Both the position numbers and the translations under genes were made by a program. A stretch of 64,000 nucleotides of DNA from Bacteroidales bacterium (GTDB lineage Bacteria > Bacteroidota > Bacteroidia > Bacteroidales > UBA3663): contig JAZUDJ010000034.1 of NCBI GenBank assembly GCA_045639585.1, positions 1,303-65,302 of the forward strand. Reading direction: 5' to 3'. The notes below the pieces were generated by a model. That model ran no database searches. It was given only the letters and a program-made list of their open reading frames with translations, and was not told the DNA's origin. Positions 15,703-25,454 of the stretch are shown piece after piece. Each line of letters opens with the position of its first letter. Within the stretch, counting starts at the first letter, position 1.

Positions 15703-18066
15703 ATGAAACACCTTATTTATATATTTAAGAACAGCCTTTGCTGTCTCATGATCGCAGGTCTGATGCTTGCCAGCACAAACGTAGGCGCTGAGAATCTTGA
15801 TGAGGTCATCGAACGTGGATTATCAGTCTCTCGTAGTCAGAGCTTGATCATGGCCAAAGCGCTGGAGAAGGATACAGAAGCCTTCCCGCGCAGTTTTGAG
15901 AACGGTAAGATGGTCACGAGCGATTATCACTGGTGGTGCTCAGGATTTTTCCCAGGCGTTCTCTGGCAGCTTTATAGCGATAAGCCATCCGAAGAACTGA
16001 GACGCTATGCTGAGCTTTACACCGATCGCACGGAACCAGTCAAGAAGATGTCCGACACGCATGACCTCGGTTTTATGCTCTACTGCAGCTTCGGTCAGGG
16101 TTACCATCTTACAGGCAACGAGCATTATCTTGACGTCATCAAGGAAGGTTCGGACAATCTGCTGACACGCTATAACGATAAGCTTGGCGTGATTAAGTCC
16201 TGGGACTGGTCGGACAAATGGAAGTATCCGGTTATCATCGATAATATGATGAACCTTGAGATGCTGACCTTCATCTCACGAGAGACTAACGATCGTAAGT
16301 ATGCACTGGTGGCTGAGACACATGCCAACACGACGATGAAAAATCACTTTCGTGATGACTACACCACTTATCACGTCGTCTCATACGATCCTGCCACGGG
16401 TCAGCCTCACGCTAAGCAGACAGCGCAAGGATTTTCGGATGGTAGTGCATGGGCAAGAGGTCAGGCCTGGGGCCTTTACGGATACACGATGATGTATCGT
16501 GAGACGCTCCAGCCGAAGTATCTTGAGCAAGCTCGCCACATTGCACACATGATCACTGAGCATCCGAGACTGCCAGAAGATGGTATTCCTTATTGGGATT
16601 TTGATGCTCCGGATATCCCTAACGCTTATCGCGATGCTTCTGCAGGTGCAATCATGGCTTCGGCTTTTATCGAGTTGAGCCAGTTGGATAAGACAGCAGA
16701 TGCTGCCAAGTGGCTGGCAATGGCAGAGAAGCAGATCCGTTCGCTCTCTTCTCCTGCATATCTGGCCAAGATAGGGGAGGTAGGAGGTTTCATCTTGAAG
16801 CACAGCGTGGGTTCGCTGCCAGGAAAAAGCGAGATCGATGTTCCTCTCACTTATGCGGACTATTATTATGTAGAAGCATTACTCCGCATGAAGAAGTTGC
16901 TCGCTAAGCCAAGTGCAGCACTGGACCGACAGGTTTGGGTCGATGCTTTGACAAAGATCGCCACTCCCGTACTGAAGAATCTGGCTGATGGTACGCTCAA
17001 GCAGAACTTCCCTTTTGAGTCACTCTCAACCGATCCTGATCGTCGTGAAGTCTCTTATCTTGAGGCTTTTGGCCGTACCCTTTGTGGTATTGCTCCTTGG
17101 TTGGAGTTAGGGCCAGATGGTACTCCAGAAGGCCAAAAGAGAGCGCAGATGCTTGATTGGGCCGTGAAAGGTCTGGCCAATGCAGTGAATCCTAAATCAC
17201 CTGATTATCTGCGATTCAAAGCCAATCATCATCGTCAGCCTTTAGTCGATGCTGCATTCTTGGCAGAAGGACTTCTGCGAGCTCCAATGCAGCTATGGGG
17301 TAATCTTGATAAGACCACACAGAAGAATCTCATCAAGGAACTGAAGGCAAGTCGTAACATTGAGGCTTACGAGAGCAACTGGCTCCTCTTTGCTTCGATC
17401 ATCGAGGCCGCGCTACTGGAGTTCGATGGCAGCTGTGATGAGAAACGACTCAACCATGGCGTGGAGTGTTTCTGTGACGGATGGTATAAAGGCGATGCAT
17501 GGTATGGCGATGGTCCTGATTTTCATCTCGACTACTACAATAGTCTCGTCATTCAGCCGATGCTCACCGAGGTGCTGATGGTGATGGACAAGCATCAGAT
17601 GAAACACGCAGACCTGTTGGCAAGTCAGCAGAAGCGTATGGGACGTTATGGAGAGCAGCTGGAGCGACTGATTTCTCCAGAGGGAACTTATCCTGCTATC
17701 GGACGTAGCATCACCTACCGCTTCGGATCGTTCCATGCATTGTCTGATGCTGCTTTGCTGCATATCCTGCCAGCACATCTTAATCCTGCACAGGTTCGTT
17801 GCGCACTCACATCGGTCATCAGCAAACAGTTGAGTCAGCCCAACACCTTCGACCAGAATGGATGGCTGAGAGTCGGCTTCACAGGTTCGCAGATTCACAT
17901 GTCGGAGGATTATATCAACACAGGAAGTGAGTATCTCTGTTGTGCAGCTTTCTGTGCATTGGGTCTCCCTACTGATGATGCTTTCTGGACTAATCCGTAT
18001 GCAGAGTGGACCAACAAGATGGCATGGGCTAATATGGAGGTGCCTGCTGATCATGCAATCCATTGA
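15703..18066 (+). CDS. fusion protein: GH88/GH105-type unsaturated uronyl hydrolase (N) + DUF2264 (C)
   Basis: Signal peptide. The N-terminal ~400 aa carry the (alpha/alpha)6 GH88/105 pattern (HWWCSGFFPGVLW, DHDLGF, WARGQAWGLYG). The C-terminal ~385 aa start at DRQVWVDALTKIATPVLKNL and resemble DUF2264 proteins. Confidence 0.75.
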   Translation: MKHLIYIFKNSLCCLMIAGLMLASTNVGAENLDEVIERGLSVSRSQSLIMAKALEKDTEAFPRSFENGKMVTSDYHWWCSGFFPGVLWQLYSDKPSEELRRYAELYTDRTEPVKKMSDTHDLGFMLYCSFGQGYHLTGNEHYLDVIKEGSDNLLTRYNDKLGVIKSWDWSDKWKYPVIIDNMMNLEMLTFISRETNDRKYALVAETHANTTMKNHFRDDYTTYHVVSYDPATGQPHAKQTAQGFSDGSAWARGQAWGLYGYTMMYRETLQPKYLEQARHIAHMITEHPRLPEDGIPYWDFDAPDIPNAYRDASAGAIMASAFIELSQLDKTADAAKWLAMAEKQIRSLSSPAYLAKIGEVGGFILKHSVGSLPGKSEIDVPLTYADYYYVEALLRMKKLLAKPSAALDRQVWVDALTKIATPVLKNLADGTLKQNFPFESLSTDPDRREVSYLEAFGRTLCGIAPWLELGPDGTPEGQKRAQMLDWAVKGLANAVNPKSPDYLRFKANHHRQPLVDAAFLAEGLLRAPMQLWGNLDKTTQKNLIKELKASRNIEAYESNWLLFASIIEAALLEFDGSCDEKRLNHGVECFCDGWYKGDAWYGDGPDFHLDYYNSLVIQPMLTEVLMVMDKHQMKHADLLASQQKRMGRYGEQLERLISPEGTYPAIGRSITYRFGSFHALSDAALLHILPAHLNPAQVRCALTSVISKQLSQPNTFDQNGWLRVGFTGSQIHMSEDYINTGSEYLCCAAFCALGLPTDDAFWTNPYAEWTNKMAWANMEVPADHAIH

Positions 18067-18303
18067 CAAAATAAGCTTGTTTTGGTGCAATATTGATATG
18101 AAAGTACCATATTTTGCTATAATACTTACTTTTTTTCGCAGAATAGTTGGAACTTGTTAAAAAAAAACTCATATTTGCACCCACTTATTTATTATTTGGA
18201 CTTATGCTTGAAAACACATAATGCACTTTACATACATTAGTCCTAATACACTTTATAAAATACTATTTAACTCATATTTCACACACAAAATTTTCTTAGT
18301 ACA

Positions 18304-21300
18304 ATGAGAAAAAGATTTTGTCTTCCCTATCTTTTGGGAGCTGGTGTCATTGGTGGGTTTGCTGTATTACCAAATACAGTGACTACTCCAACGGCATACG
18401 CGCAGGCCAAGACCATTAAGGTCACTGGCCAGGTTGTTGACGATCTTGGTGAGCCTTTGATGGGTGCTACCATCAAGGTGAAAGGTACTGCCAACGGTAC
18501 TGTGACCGATCTCGATGGTAACTTCGAGCTCAACGTCGCTTCGAACGGCGTTCTCGAGGTCAGTTTCGTAGGTTTCCAGGCTACCGAGGTTGCAATCAAT
18601 GGCAAGACCGCAGTTGGCGTCATCAAGTTGACTAACGATGACAAGCTTCTTGAGCAGGTCGTAGTCGTTGGTTACGGTACACAGAAGAAGGCCGACTTGA
18701 CCGGTTCTGTATCTATCGTCAACGCAGATGAGCTCAAGCGCTCTTCTAACTCTAACATCTCTACCATGCTTGAGGGTAAGGTTCCTGGCGTTCAGATTAC
18801 CTCTGACGGTCAGCCTGGTGCCGATCCTTCTGTTCGTATCCGTGGTATCGGTAGTTTTGGTTCTACCGCTCCTCTCTACGTTATCGATGGTGTACCTATG
18901 GGTACTTCTATCCGTGACTTCTCTCCAAATGATATCGAGACCATCCAGGTGCTCAAGGATGCTGCTGCAGGTGCCATCTACGGTTCACGTGCTGCAAACG
19001 GCGTTGTGATCATTACCACCAAGAGCGGTAAGAAGGATCAGCCAATGAAGCTCGATTATAAGGGCTACTTTGGTGTTGACCAGATATCTAAGGGTGTTTA
19101 TGACGTAATGGATGCCAAGCAGTACAGCCAGTACCTCGGTGAGGCTTGTTTGAACTCTGGTACTCCTCTCGCTGGTGGCTATACTAATAATAATGGTGTA
19201 TTCAGTTTCCGCGATAACACTGACACTGATTGGTTCAATGAGGTCTTCAAGACAGGTATCCGCCAGAATCACAACATCAGCATGAGCGGTGGTGGTGCTA
19301 ACAATACTTATAATATTGGCCTCGACTACTTTAACCAGAAGGGTACTCTTGAGGGAGCTGGTCCTAACTACGAGCGCTACACTGCACGTATCAACAATAC
19401 CTTTGAGACCAAGTTCATCAAGTTCCGCACTGGTATCGTTTACTCTCACTCTAGTCAGGACGGTATGGGCCTCTCTAATGCATCTGAGTATGTACAGGGT
19501 CTCTATGGTGATGTTACCAACGTGCTTCGCGGCACTTTGCTGATGCAGCCAACTATCAAGGCGTACGATCCTTCTACATGGGTACTTGATGATATGGTAG
19601 GTTCTGCCAGCGGTTACAACTATGATGCATATGGCTATGGTGTTTACTACGATACCGTACATGGCGATATCTCTGCTTCGAACCCATTGCTGGTTAACAA
19701 TAAGTTGACTCGTAATACCCTCGTAGATCGTTTCAATGGTACACTCTCTGCTAACGTTGATCTCCTTAAGATGATCGGTATTGAGAGCAAGAACCATAAA
19801 CTCAGCTACAACATTAACTTGGCTTATAACAAGACTCTCGTTTCTGGTAAGACTTGGGTTGGTGCATGGATTCAGTCCAATCGTGTATACCTCGATAAGA
19901 CCAATGAAAGACTTGACGAGAACAAGCGTACTTATACTGATGCTTTGATTGAGAATACTCTTACTTATGATGGTACCATCGGTAAGCACCATATCAATTT
20001 GGTAGGTGGTCAGACTTATGAAGAGGAGAATACTCATGATCTCAATGGTTGGGCAAAGAACTTCACCGAGCCATATTACCTCCAGCTTCAGAATGGTGCT
20101 TCTCGTGATGCCAGCACCTACGAGTATAAGCACGCTATTACCTCTTACTTCGCTCGTTTGAACTACGACTTCGATGGTAAGTACCTTCTTTCTGCTATTG
20201 TTCGTCGCGATGGTAGCTCACGTCTTACCAAGAGCATCCGTTGGGAAACCTTCCCTTCAGTATCTCTCGGTTGGCGTCTTGATCGTGAGAACTTCTTCCC
20301 TGTTGATGAGAGCATTATCAATATGATGAAGGTGCGTGCATCTTATGGTGAACTTGGTAACGAGAACATTGGTGAGTACGTATATCAGGCTACTATGGAT
20401 CGTAACAACATGTCATATAGCTTCGGCGGTCAGCCTATCTATGGTTCTGCAATCTCAACCTTTGTAAACGAGAAGCTCGCTTGGGAGAAGAAGAAGACTA
20501 CCAACGTCGGTATCGATATGGCCTTCCTCAACAATAGTATCGAGTTCACCGCAGAGTGGTATCTCAACAAGTCTACTGACCTTCTTTATTCAGTTCCTGT
20601 TCCTGCTAACGCTGGTGTAGCTAATACCGCTGTTACCATGAACGCTGCTGCTATGGAGAATAGTGGTCTTGAGTTCTCGCTCACTTATCGTAATCACACT
20701 GCATTTGGCCTTGGCTACGATATTACTGCTAACATGAGCACCTTGAAGAATAAGGTTACCTCACTCGGTTTCGGTACAGAGTCTTATATTACTGGCGCTT
20801 ACAAGACTGAAGTTGGTCAGGAAGTAGGTAAGTTCTACGGCTGGAAGTACCAGGGTATCGCTCGTACACAGGCTGATCTTGACAATCATGTCAATGCTAA
20901 TGGTCAGAAGATTCTGCAGGAAGGTGCTGGTATTGGTGACTGCCTCTATGAGGATATCAATAACGATGGTGTGATCGATGATCTTGACCAGACAGTTCTT
21001 GGCAGCGGCCTTGCTAAGGTTAACTTTGGTCTCTCTGCTCACCTTTCTTATAAGAACTTCGATCTCGCAGTTTCTACCTTCGGTGCACTCAACTATCATG
21101 TATCAGATGATATCTATAATTCACTCAACTCTTGCTATGGTCCTGGTAACAAGTCTGTAGATATGCTCAATGCTAACAAGTTTGATAGCAATGGCAACTA
21201 CACTTCTGCTAATCCTAAGACTTACTATCAGGCTAATGGCCGTGCTTGGAACGATATGTTCAGTGACCGAAAGATCCAGAATGCAGCTTATTGGAAGATC

Positions 21301-21516
21301 GCTAATGTTGAGATTGGTTACAACTTCCCTGACAAGTGGTTCAATGGCATTGTAAGTGGCGTTCGCGTCTACGCTTCTGCTCAGAACCTCTACACCTTCA
21401 CTGGTTATAAGGGTTACAATGTTGACTACGCTGGTGGTACCTTCACCCCAGGTTACAACTTCTGTTCATTCCCAACTCCACGCACCTTCATGGGTGGTGT
21501 CCTCTTCTCATTCTAA
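18304..21516 (+). CDS. susC: SusC/RagA-family TonB-dependent outer-membrane transporter
   Basis: 1070 aa with a carboxypeptidase-regulatory-like N-terminus (VTGQVVDDLGEPLMGATIKVKG..TDLDGNFEL), a plug (VVVGYGTQKK) and a barrel ending in F. Confidence 0.95.
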   Translation: MRKRFCLPYLLGAGVIGGFAVLPNTVTTPTAYAQAKTIKVTGQVVDDLGEPLMGATIKVKGTANGTVTDLDGNFELNVASNGVLEVSFVGFQATEVAINGKTAVGVIKLTNDDKLLEQVVVVGYGTQKKADLTGSVSIVNADELKRSSNSNISTMLEGKVPGVQITSDGQPGADPSVRIRGIGSFGSTAPLYVIDGVPMGTSIRDFSPNDIETIQVLKDAAAGAIYGSRAANGVVIITTKSGKKDQPMKLDYKGYFGVDQISKGVYDVMDAKQYSQYLGEACLNSGTPLAGGYTNNNGVFSFRDNTDTDWFNEVFKTGIRQNHNISMSGGGANNTYNIGLDYFNQKGTLEGAGPNYERYTARINNTFETKFIKFRTGIVYSHSSQDGMGLSNASEYVQGLYGDVTNVLRGTLLMQPTIKAYDPSTWVLDDMVGSASGYNYDAYGYGVYYDTVHGDISASNPLLVNNKLTRNTLVDRFNGTLSANVDLLKMIGIESKNHKLSYNINLAYNKTLVSGKTWVGAWIQSNRVYLDKTNERLDENKRTYTDALIENTLTYDGTIGKHHINLVGGQTYEEENTHDLNGWAKNFTEPYYLQLQNGASRDASTYEYKHAITSYFARLNYDFDGKYLLSAIVRRDGSSRLTKSIRWETFPSVSLGWRLDRENFFPVDESIINMMKVRASYGELGNENIGEYVYQATMDRNNMSYSFGGQPIYGSAISTFVNEKLAWEKKKTTNVGIDMAFLNNSIEFTAEWYLNKSTDLLYSVPVPANAGVANTAVTMNAAAMENSGLEFSLTYRNHTAFGLGYDITANMSTLKNKVTSLGFGTESYITGAYKTEVGQEVGKFYGWKYQGIARTQADLDNHVNANGQKILQEGAGIGDCLYEDINNDGVIDDLDQTVLGSGLAKVNFGLSAHLSYKNFDLAVSTFGALNYHVSDDIYNSLNSCYGPGNKSVDMLNANKFDSNGNYTSANPKTYYQANGRAWNDMFSDRKIQNAAYWKIANVEIGYNFPDKWFNGIVSGVRVYASAQNLYTFTGYKGYNVDYAGGTFTPGYNFCSFPTPRTFMGGVLFSF

Positions 21517-21536
21517 TTATATAAGAGCTATCTGAT

Positions 21537-23336
21537 ATGAAACTATATAAAATTTCCTTTGCCCTTATGTTGGGCATCGGCACGCTTTCATCGTGCGACG
21601 ATAAGCTGGATGTCACTAATCCAAACCAGCAGACTTCTGCTACCTTTGGTAACACGGTTCAGGAACTGGAGGAGTGCATCAATGCTTGCTATAACCACAC
21701 CCGTATGGAGGGTACCTACGCTCGTGTAGGCTATAATATTGATGTATGTCGTGGTGATGAGGCCTGGAACTCTTCACAGGTTTGGTATATGCCTTTCGAT
21801 GATCTCAACATCTCTACTACCGATGAGATCGAGCAGTGGTCATGGCGTGATTGGTACTACACCATCAACGTCTGCAATTTTGTCCTCTCTCGTACTACAG
21901 ATGAGGCTATTGCCAACAATGAGGCCATGAAGCGCATCAAGGGTCAGGCTCTCTTCCTCCGTGCTCTTGGTTATTATAATCTCGCAGGTTATTACAATAA
22001 TCCAGCACTTATTACTGACTATAATCAGTATTCATCTCTCGACGGTCTCTTTGCATCTAATGTTCCTGAGTCTGGATATCAGTACGATATCGTACTTGAT
22101 CAGGTAGAGACGGATTTTAAGGAAGCTCTCGAACTTCTCCCAAGCAAGACTGTCGGCGGCCAGTGGGCACAGGGTCGTGCCAATAAGGGTGCAGCTGCTG
22201 GTTTCCTTGCTCGTACTTATATGATGCGCCACAAGTACACTGAAGCATACTCTGTCTTGAAAGATATCATCAGTCAGAAGGATGGTGGCAAAGAACAGTA
22301 TGGTTTTTATAAGCTCATGCCAAACTACGGAGACAACTTCCGTGAGGGTCCTGCTTTTGAGAACAATGATGAGAGCCTATATGAGGTACAGTACCTAGAC
22401 TTCGGTAAGCAGGGTACTGACGATGAGTGGACTCCTGTAAATACTTCTAAGGATGCTACTCAGGGTCATGCCATTGAATCGAACTTCGGTCCTGGTGACT
22501 TCGGTGGTTGGGCAGATATCTCTGCTTCTCCTTGGCTTTATGACCTCTTTAAGCAGGAGAAGACCATCAACGGTACTCTCGACCCACGTCTTTACTGGAC
22601 CATCGGTACTTATGAGAATGACTGGGAGGGCTTTGAGTTCGGCAATGTATGCTACACATCTCCTATGGATCCTAATATGCCTGTTGTAACCAACAACAAT
22701 AATGGAGGTCTTCCTATCGCCAAGAATACCAACCTTCGCACAGGTATCTATGACAAGGTTGTTACTGGTCTTCATTGTGGTATCAATCTCCGTATTCTCC
22801 GTTATTCTGATGTATTGCTTCGTGCTGCAGAGTGTATCAATGAGATTAAGGGTCCTGATGCTGAGGCAATCGGTTATATCAATCTGGTTCGTGAGCGTGC
22901 TAACCTCAAGCCACTTGATTTGAATGACTTTATAGGTGATGCAGACAAACTCTTCGAGCAGATTGCTAACGTAGAGCGTCCTAAGGAGTTCGGTTGCGAG
23001 TACGGTCGTGGTTTCGACCTCATTCGTTGGGGCTTCTTCTATGACGAGGGTCGTCTTGCTCAGTTGAAGGATCATGGTTCGTTCTTGAAGTCAACAGATA
23101 AGACTACAGCTAAGAACTTGGTTACATACGCTGACGTTCAGGCAGATCCTGAGAACTGTAAGAGTTCTTACGATACTTATCTCCTCGGTCATGAGTTCCT
23201 CCCAATCTATCAGGGAACTTTGAATGCTAACTCTAACCTCGTAGGCAACTCAGCTAACAGCGGTTCTGCTAACAACGAGACAAAGGAGTATTTCCAGAGC
23301 AAGAATTGGACCGTTCGTCCTGTCGTCAAACTCTAA
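21537..23336 (+). CDS. susD: SusD/RagB-family lipoprotein
   Basis: Lipobox LSSC. It lies immediately downstream of susC and has a TPR-like SusD pattern (RALGYYNLAGYY, RYSDVLLRAAE, ERPKEFGCEYGRGFDLIRWG). Confidence 0.93.
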   Translation: MKLYKISFALMLGIGTLSSCDDKLDVTNPNQQTSATFGNTVQELEECINACYNHTRMEGTYARVGYNIDVCRGDEAWNSSQVWYMPFDDLNISTTDEIEQWSWRDWYYTINVCNFVLSRTTDEAIANNEAMKRIKGQALFLRALGYYNLAGYYNNPALITDYNQYSSLDGLFASNVPESGYQYDIVLDQVETDFKEALELLPSKTVGGQWAQGRANKGAAAGFLARTYMMRHKYTEAYSVLKDIISQKDGGKEQYGFYKLMPNYGDNFREGPAFENNDESLYEVQYLDFGKQGTDDEWTPVNTSKDATQGHAIESNFGPGDFGGWADISASPWLYDLFKQEKTINGTLDPRLYWTIGTYENDWEGFEFGNVCYTSPMDPNMPVVTNNNNGGLPIAKNTNLRTGIYDKVVTGLHCGINLRILRYSDVLLRAAECINEIKGPDAEAIGYINLVRERANLKPLDLNDFIGDADKLFEQIANVERPKEFGCEYGRGFDLIRWGFFYDEGRLAQLKDHGSFLKSTDKTTAKNLVTYADVQADPENCKSSYDTYLLGHEFLPIYQGTLNANSNLVGNSANSGSANNETKEYFQSKNWTVRPVVKL

Positions 23337-23388
23337 TCAATGTGTAAAAAACAACAAAGGTTTTTCTACATTTAAAAATTGAACAATT

Positions 23389-25335
23389 ATGAAAATTCAA
23401 AATAAATTGACTTCAATCCTGGGCGTTGCATCACTCGCTGTGATGGCTTTGACCAGTTGTGAAGGAGGTGATCTCTACTCGGTAGATTCTCCTGACTGGA
23501 TTGCTGCACGCGTTGACTCAATTGCTGAGGCAAAGAAGAATGATGTTCCTGAGCAACTTGACCTCATGGAGGATGTCTATACCTTTGGTAAGACCGACTT
23601 CTCTTCAGGTTGGTGGGCAGAGTTCTCTAAGTACTATGTAGTACCTGATGGCAAGAAATGGCAGGCTCAGTTCAACCTCAACATTAATCCTTCTGACGAT
23701 ACCTATTATAAGAATTTTGCACTCGTAGTAGCTAATACCGTCCGTGGTGGTGATGGCTACTCGGAGTATGGTGCTATCCGTTACGACCTCACAGGCGATG
23801 CTAATGCATTCAACTCAAACTGGGGTACCGTTTTCGGTCAGATTGAGGGTAATGGTTTCAAATACACTGAGAGCAACCTTATGCTGGCTCCTGTCGATAA
23901 CAAGGATGCTGCTGTCCAGAAGCTCGGTGGCAAGGTGACCTTGACCATTGATCGTACCGATGCTAATCGTTTCTATATCGAGATGAACAATGGTACTGCT
24001 GTCAAGACCTTCAATATGCCTGCGAATATCGAACCAGGTGGAGATATCTATTGTTTCCTTGTTCCAGAAGGTTCATACATCAACTTCATCGGCACAGACA
24101 TCGAGCCAATCGGTGGCTGTACTTCAAAGGAAGACAAGCAGCCTCTTGGCATCACCTTGAAGGGCGTTCCTGGAAAGGTAATGCAGGGCACCGTACTTGA
24201 TTCACTTATTACAAGTGTTTCTGCTATCATTGACTTCGAGACTGGAGTCACCAAGGAGGTTTCTTATAAGGATCTTACTTTCCAGGCTATCCCTGATCTC
24301 AATGGTCTTGGCGAGAAGACTCTCATCGCAGTTTATAACCAGACCTATAAGGGTGAGGGTGCTGCTAAGCCAGTTATCGGTAACGCTACCTTCAACGTTG
24401 TTGACAAGATGTACAACACGCTTGGTGAGTCTAGCTGTACTACTGGATGGTGGGGTGCCCACTCAACAAACATTAAGGTCGCTCCTGGTGAGACCGTAGT
24501 CTCAACCTTCACCAACTACACCAGCGGTGGAAGTAACTGGAATAACTGGGTAATGGTTCTCTGTAAGGAGGATAACTCTGAGTATGCAGTAGTTCGTGCC
24601 GACAACTATGGTTGGGGTGCTGGTTATGAAGGTATTGCTACTGCTACTTGCGATAATGGTGGCGACTGGGGTGCTTGGCTCGCAGCAATGAACGGTGCAA
24701 AGGTTACCACCTTCGTTACCAACTATGGCGATGGCACTGCTGATGTCAATGCAGTCATCATTGGCAATGATGGCAATACATATACTCAGGCATACACTGG
24801 CATTGCAGTTAACGATCCAGATGATTTATGGTTCCGCTTTACTGTCGATGGTTCTTGCCTCGTATTCGATGATGTTCTTGGTGCAGAGGATTGCACTTCA
24901 GGTTGGTGGAGCGCTCACTCACAGAATATCAATGTACCTGCAGGTATGAGTGTAACTCAAACTTTCATCAATCGTTCTTCTGGTAATAGTAACTGGAACA
25001 ACTGGGTATTGGTTCTCTGTAAGGAGGACAACTCTGAGTATGCAGTAGTTCGTGCAGATAACTACGGTTGGGGTGCTGGTTATGAAGGTATTGCTACTGC
25101 TACTTGCGATAATGGTGGCGACTGGGGTGCTTGGCTCGCTGCAATGAATGGTGCTCGTGTTACCGTAACCGTTACTAACAATGGTGATGGCACAGCAGAC
25201 ATTTTGGCTACAATTATTGGCAATGGTGGTGAGGAATTCTGGCAGAAGTATGAGGGTATCTCAATTTCTGATCCTGATGATGTCTTCTTCCGCTTCACTG
25301 TCGATGGCAGTTGCCTCATATTCGATGCTAACTAA
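23389..25335 (+). CDS. surface glycan-binding-protein-like lipoprotein with three related Trp-rich modules
   Basis: Lipobox LTSC. It occupies the SGBP position after susD. Three copies of a ~150-aa module share GWW...NWNNW...VRADNYGWG. Confidence 0.65.
   Translation: MKIQNKLTSILGVASLAVMALTSCEGGDLYSVDSPDWIAARVDSIAEAKKNDVPEQLDLMEDVYTFGKTDFSSGWWAEFSKYYVVPDGKKWQAQFNLNINPSDDTYYKNFALVVANTVRGGDGYSEYGAIRYDLTGDANAFNSNWGTVFGQIEGNGFKYTESNLMLAPVDNKDAAVQKLGGKVTLTIDRTDANRFYIEMNNGTAVKTFNMPANIEPGGDIYCFLVPEGSYINFIGTDIEPIGGCTSKEDKQPLGITLKGVPGKVMQGTVLDSLITSVSAIIDFETGVTKEVSYKDLTFQAIPDLNGLGEKTLIAVYNQTYKGEGAAKPVIGNATFNVVDKMYNTLGESSCTTGWWGAHSTNIKVAPGETVVSTFTNYTSGGSNWNNWVMVLCKEDNSEYAVVRADNYGWGAGYEGIATATCDNGGDWGAWLAAMNGAKVTTFVTNYGDGTADVNAVIIGNDGNTYTQAYTGIAVNDPDDLWFRFTVDGSCLVFDDVLGAEDCTSGWWSAHSQNINVPAGMSVTQTFINRSSGNSNWNNWVLVLCKEDNSEYAVVRADNYGWGAGYEGIATATCDNGGDWGAWLAAMNGARVTVTVTNNGDGTADILATIIGNGGEEFWQKYEGISISDPDDVFFRFTVDGSCLIFDAN
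24436..25332 (+). repeat. intragenic tandem duplication (2 x 456 bp) inside the SGBP-like gene
   Basis: Copy 1 is 24436-24891 and copy 2 is 24892-25332. The core 24532-24702 versus 24988-25158 is near-identical, including a long perfect block GGTTGGGGTGCTGGTTATGAAGGTATTGCTACTGCTACTTGCGATAATGGTGGCGACTGGGGTGCTTGGCTCGC. Confidence 0.9.
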
Positions 25336-25454
25336 TCTGTAATAGAAGAGGTTCGTCTTCTACGATAAACCTCTTCTGTGCGAAATACTTATTAATTTCG
25401 GGGGAGTTCCCAAGTAGGAAGCTCCTCCGAGATTTACCATTTTAACAATACATC

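Noticed and set aside
24436-25332. Diversity-generating retroelement (template/variable repeat pair) inside the SGBP-like gene
   Set aside because: Differences between the two copies are mostly synonymous third-position changes of all types, not adenine-specific. Both copies are in-frame parts of the same CDS. No reverse transcriptase gene lies nearby.
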